A DNA stretch of 20,000 nt from an uncultured virus (IMG/VR IMGVR_UViG_3300001460_000017) (lineage: Duplodnaviria > Heunggongvirae > Uroviricota > Caudoviricetes), in the IMG/VR virus record IMGVR_UViG_3300001460_000017; one strand, 5' to 3'. Positions 10,901-16,900 of this stretch are shown here, piece after piece. A model generated the notes under the pieces. The model saw only the letters and a list, made by a program, of their open reading frames with translations, searched no databases and was not told the origin of the DNA. Position 1 is the stretch's first letter; the number at the start of each line of letters is the position of its first letter. The translations under genes were made by a program, and so were the position numbers.

Positions 10901-13900
10901 CCACCGCTTTGTCTGTACACAACAACATTCTGACTGTCGTCGCTGTACTTGTTGGTCAACACAAGATTAACTCCGTTTGTGTCAACATCAAATGTATTTG
11001 CAAATTTAATTAAATTGTTTTGATCCAATGTTGAATCGCCTTGCAATTCAATACCGCTGTCATTAGGCACATATCCTAAGAAGTCTGTGTGCGTATCTTG
11101 TAATTCCCATAGACTTGGTTGCCAAGCATTTGCACTGATGTTTGTTTTTGCTTTGTACAACTGATTGCCAAACACAACTAATTCGTCTTTTAAGTAATCA
11201 GTTTGATCATCAAACACTCCCATGTAATACTGATCAACACCTAACCACCAATTTTTTGTAGTGCTGTAATTTACAAAATAAATTTTTCCTGGTAAGCCGG
11301 AAGTTCCATTACCTTCTGCACTAATAAATGCTGTGGTAACTCCTCCAAAATCACGCAGTTGAATTTTACTTCCTAATCTTAAACCACTTTGAGTGTCAGG
11401 TACAGTGTATGCTGAGTTGTATTCAAAAACACCTTTTGTATTTTTTTTGTAAATTAAGAATGCACCTTGATTAGTAAAACCACTTTGAACACCTTCTCCA
11501 ATTGGAATATTATATATTTGTGTGTAATCTTTGTTTTGACTTCCTGGTATATTAGCACTTTGACTAATACCTGGAACGTTTTGAAATTCGTCCCAAATCC
11601 AATATTCTATATCATTTACTGTGTAAAAGTCAGGATCACCTGATGCTGTAATAACCGTTGTGTTTTCGAAAACTAAAATGTCTCCATCTGTGTTTCCTGA
11701 TTGTACTGTTTGTTCAATAGATCCTATAGTTCTGTTTACACCGCCACCTAATCTAGTAAGAGTTGATGATGCACTTGCGTTAGAACCTAAACTAAATTGT
11801 TTATTGTTTGAGTTATTAAAATAAATTCTTATTTTTTCTAATGCTATAAACTGAACAAACGTAACATCTGCCTGTGCTTGAGTGATAGGATCATATATTT
11901 GGTGCACTCCTGCTGTCGGGAAATAATAATTTGCATTGTTATCTGGTTGAGAATCTACATCAATGTAACCTTCCCATACATCTACTACTTCTTTAAGTCC
12001 GTTTGTGTTTGTGCTACTAATATTTAAATCAGCAAAATTAAAAGCACCTGTATCGACATTGTTGAACCAAACACTTACATAGTTGGTTGAGTTGCTTGAA
12101 TTTAATGTACTGTCGTGTGCAATATCGTATCCTGTTCTTACAAACCATTTTTTACTTAAAATGGGTTGAGGATTTGAATTAATCTGCCATGAATTTGTTC
12201 CTGCATCAATATAGTAATCTTGATAGTATGTTCCAATTCCAAATTGTGCTTTTACTAATGGTGCTTGAGGAGTTATTGGAGCAACAGGTTGTTCCATTGA
12301 ACTAAAAAATCTATTAGTGTCTCTTACTTCATTTAAGACTTTTATATCTTGAATTACAACATTCGTTGTTACATCTGAACCAGCATTTGTTGTAACATTA
12401 GCACCTATGCTTACTTTCCACCAACCGCCAATGTAATCGTAGGCTTCTGAATTTACTCTTGTGTAATCTCCAATAGGCAATACATCTAAAGTTAAACTTC
12501 CGCTTTCAGCAAATACACCACTTACATCTTTAAGATATATTAAAGATTTAGCGGCAACTTTTCTCACATACACCACAGTACCTTCTGCTGTTGCTGTGCT
12601 TAACAAGTTTCCTACAACAGGATCTGTTAATGTGTTTGATATTTCTAAAATTTCATCAACTTTTTCTTGAATAGAAATTTCAGCACCACCGAATATGTTA
12701 TTTTTAATTGTTGGCGATCCAACACCATTAAACGGTTGATTTACTGCTTTAGAATAATTGTTTCTGTCAATTGGATATGCACTATTAAAATCAAGGTAAT
12801 CTAATATTAATCTGTCACCTATTTTAGTTGCTGTGTACTGTTCTACAGATGCTCTTATTAATATATGATCTGTTGTTTGGTTTAAAAATATACTGTCACC
12901 TATTAATAAATTTGTTGTTTGAAATCCTACGTTTTCTTTATAAAAAGCAGATGAATCAAATGTTGAGAATAAATCTTGTGCTATTGCACCTTCTATTTGA
13001 TTTGTTGCTCTCCAAAGTTGTTGTTTGTACTGAACTATATTTCCAACATTGTAATTGCTGTTTGTGTTGTATACTCCTTTGTACTCAGTTTTTAAATTAC
13101 CGGCATTAGGTGCACCTATAACTACAAAATTTCCATCTGGAGAAATATCAACTGCTTTACCAAAATTACTGGCTGAACCAAATAGATCAGTATTTAATAA
13201 CAACGGATCAGTTGTTGGTGATTCTATTATTTGTGCCAATGTTAATGTTCCGCTTTCTGAACCTCTAGTAAACACATAAATTTTTCCATCTTCGTCTGTT
13301 GGCTGACTGACTAATACTGTTGAGTTTTGTTTGTTGGCAGATATGACTGTACCGAAACTTTCATCTCCCGATATGCTTGTAGAACTTAATTCGTTGTGTT
13401 TTTTAAACACAAATTTGTTGTTGACAATTTTCCATTTGCCATCATCTGATTCATCAACCCAAAATTTTTCATTGTCTTTAAGACCTTGATCAAATACTCT
13501 TGTGTTGATATCATTTATAGAACTTAATCTTGATTCAGTGAATCTTTTAATAAAACCTACAGCAGATGGTATTGAAGCAAATCCTTGTACATCTTCACAT
13601 TGAATAGAAGTTATTCCTACAAACGTAGATTTGAAAACATAATCTGTACCATTAGCATTTACTACAAAAATTTCACCAACTGCCAAGTCTGGATTGTTCA
13701 ATGTATTCACTGAAATGACACTTCCATTTTTAATGATTGATACGATTTTTTGATCTGTGTTACTGTATCTTAAGACACTCCAAGTACCTTTGTTGTCACC
13801 AATCCATACATACTGTCCTTCATCTAGTGTTGATACACTTGTTGAAGTCAACAAGTCATCATATTGTGCTAGTGTTAGCGAAATGTCTATTGGGTTTACA

Positions 13901-16900
13901 GGTCCTGCAGTTTTGATATAAGTGTTTTTGTCATATTTTACAGGAAATGGTGTGTGTTGATAATCTTTAGGTGCTAGATAAGTTTGTCCTGATTGTATTC
14001 TATAAACTAAATCTGTTGCTGTTGCTGGTTGATCATTTGTTAATAAAATAGGTTGTGGATTTAATCTTACCTGTGATTCGTCTATTCTATATTCTATTTC
14101 GTCAAAAGTGTCTACTGCTCCATATTGTCCTTTACGGATTGCCCACTCTTCAAAAAATTCTATGCTTTCTTTATCAGCACTTGCTAGTGCATCAAACAAT
14201 TTGTTAAGAGAATTTGCTGTTCCTTTTTCTCTAACATAGCCTTGATAAAATTTGTACTGACTGACATCATCATTAATAATATTACTTAGATATGTTCTTG
14301 GTTGATATCCAATTAAATGCTGAGCAAGTTTTTGTTGTTGTCTATCAAAGTTATCTGTATCTAAATCATAGAAGTCAGCAAATTGATTTGTTTGATAATC
14401 AAAGTTTGATAACAAACTGCTTTCCGGCTTGCCGTCTAGTTTACGCCAGTTGTTGCTGTTGAATTCTGTTGTTCCTTTTAATTTTGAATTTGCTGTGTAA
14501 TAGAACTGTTTGTGTTTTACCACATCACTCATTGCATAATCTGTGTAAGGAGCCCATAATTTTACTTTTGCTTCGTCAAACACAAACCCTGGAATGTTTA
14601 AACTACCATCCCATTCTGTAACATAACCCAACATTTTAATTCTATCTTGTTTGTATCCACTTGCTGGATCATAAATTAAATCGCTGAATGATGTTGTATT
14701 ATCTAATAAACAAACGTGTTCTTTTTGTACAAGTGGAACCTTAGCAAAATATATTCCATTTACTGTGTTTTTTGTAAACAATTCAAACGTGTTTGATTTT
14801 CTAACAATTCTTAAATTTACTCTGTCTAGTTTGTTTCCGTCTTCTTTTAACACACCATAAGAATAATAATTTTCAACTACATTATCAGTTGTAGCATATT
14901 GTGATGTAACAACTAATTTTTTACTAGATGGACTTAAACTGATAACTGCACCTTCGTCCCAATTTTGTGTTGTCCAGAATAAAAATTCTTTAGCACTTAA
15001 TTGCCAGTTGGCTACCAATTGTGTTTGTGCATCATAATCATCAAACACAAATCCTTTTGCTTTAAGGTATGATTCATATCCTAATATCACATCAACAACT
15101 GTTTGAATGTCTTCATACACTGTTCCGTATGCAACAGATTGAACTGTATCTGTTAAAAAAGTTTTTCTTAAAAGAGCAGATGCACCGCCTTCNNTTGGNA
15201 GTTCTACTAACTTAATAAATTTTGAAGCATCAAAAGATGATGTTGAAANGTGTGTTTCATCTGTAGCATAAAAATCTTCACCAAACTTTACATATGCTCC
15301 ATTATCGTATCTTTTGTTTTCGCTCCAATTTACAAATGCTGAACTTATTCCGCCCACTGTAATTGTTGGATCACTAGATTGTTCAAATGGTAAATGGTAT
15401 CTAATATAAGGATCATTCTTGTCATATCCTTTTATACTGAAACCTCTTGCTAATTTTTCTACAATTAATCCACTGTAAGTTAAAATATCTACCGGTGTAG
15501 ACACATTGTAAATTAAACGATAATTTTCTTCTGGCACAAACAGTGTTGTTGAATTCAATGGAGTTTTACTGTCTAGCAACAGTTTAAATTTATCTTTGTT
15601 GCTGTAACCTCTTACTTTGAATCCTACTTGCGTTTGTAGTTCGCCAAACTGTTTTTTGTAATCTGCATAATTTGTTGTTTGTGAATTTTCAACCACTTCG
15701 TAAATGTAATTTACCAATCCAGCAGTCAATGTAACTGTGCTATCATTGACACTACTCGGCCAAACAATATTTGCAGGTCTTATAGCAGTTAATGAATTGT
15801 ATACAATTTGTCCACTAGCATTTCTACTAATTTTATTTGTGTCTAATCCTATACCTATTGCTTTGTTTGGTTGATGTAAAATATAACTTTTTAAAAGTGA
15901 AAATGGATAATGTACACTTCTTCTCCATGTATTTTCTACTGGAGAATGATCACCAAACTTAAACTTGTCTCTAGTGAGTTGTAATACTGCACCTCTGGCA
16001 TAAGAACTATCAAATGGACTTCTAATATTACCTTCGCTGTCCACTGGGATATTGTTTGTTAAGCCAGGTCTTTTGTAATTGTTTTTAATTACAATTTTTT
16101 TACTAGGCTCTCTTACAATACCTTTTTCTAAATCTTGCCATAAAATTAAATTGTCTTTAGTGTATGGTGCTGGACCATAAACAGTTTCCCACCATGTAGG
16201 TGCTTGTGAATATCCAAGCATTTCCCATGGAGCAATATTTGGTCTGTCTGTATCAAAAGCATGATTGTACACACCTCTCCAGAATCCTAACAACTTGTTG
16301 CCTGATGGAGAAACCATATTGCTGTAATTCCAAGTTAAACTGTTGTCTTCTGTGTGAAAAGTGTTTGCTGTGTAATCTTCATTACCTACAAATGTTAACC
16401 AATCGTTAAAGTCACCTAACAGTGTTTTGTTAATTGATTCAAATGTAAATTTATTTGTGCTGTATGCTCTTGGAACAAAAGACTTAATACCAAACAACTC
16501 ATTATCGTATGTTGTTTTAATATTGTTAAAAATTCTTTTTTCTAATTCTAATATAGCATCATCTCTAAAGTCATTGAATGCAACCACAATGCTTCCGTCA
16601 TGTCCTTGAATAACATTTACTGGAGTAACTGCTGTTGTATCTAAATAAATTTTTGGAGTGTACTTTGGATACAGTCCTAATTTAGTTGGTGTTGCTGGAA
16701 TGTGTGATCCGTTTGTTGTTTCAAACTCGTTAACCACAATAATATCATCTAGTGCAACTGTTTTTGATACTTGAACAAATCCGTTAGCATACACATAATC
16801 AACGCCATGCACTAGTTGTGCATCGTTGTGATACACATACACTGCTTTGGTTGACAATGCTGTTAGATCAAAATTGTTAGACAATGCAAAAAATTTGTTA

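Noticed and set aside
11441..11448. A8 homopolymer (minus strand) as a programmed frameshift or phase-variation site
   Set aside because: Such runs are expected in AT-rich Lys/Asn codons, the ORF is intact, and I see no supporting alternative frame or structure.
11565..12990. Intein or homing endonuclease as the explanation for the insert in the giant ORF
   Set aside because: I see no Cys/Ser-start block, no His-Asn-(C/S/T) junction and no LAGLIDADG or HNH motif.
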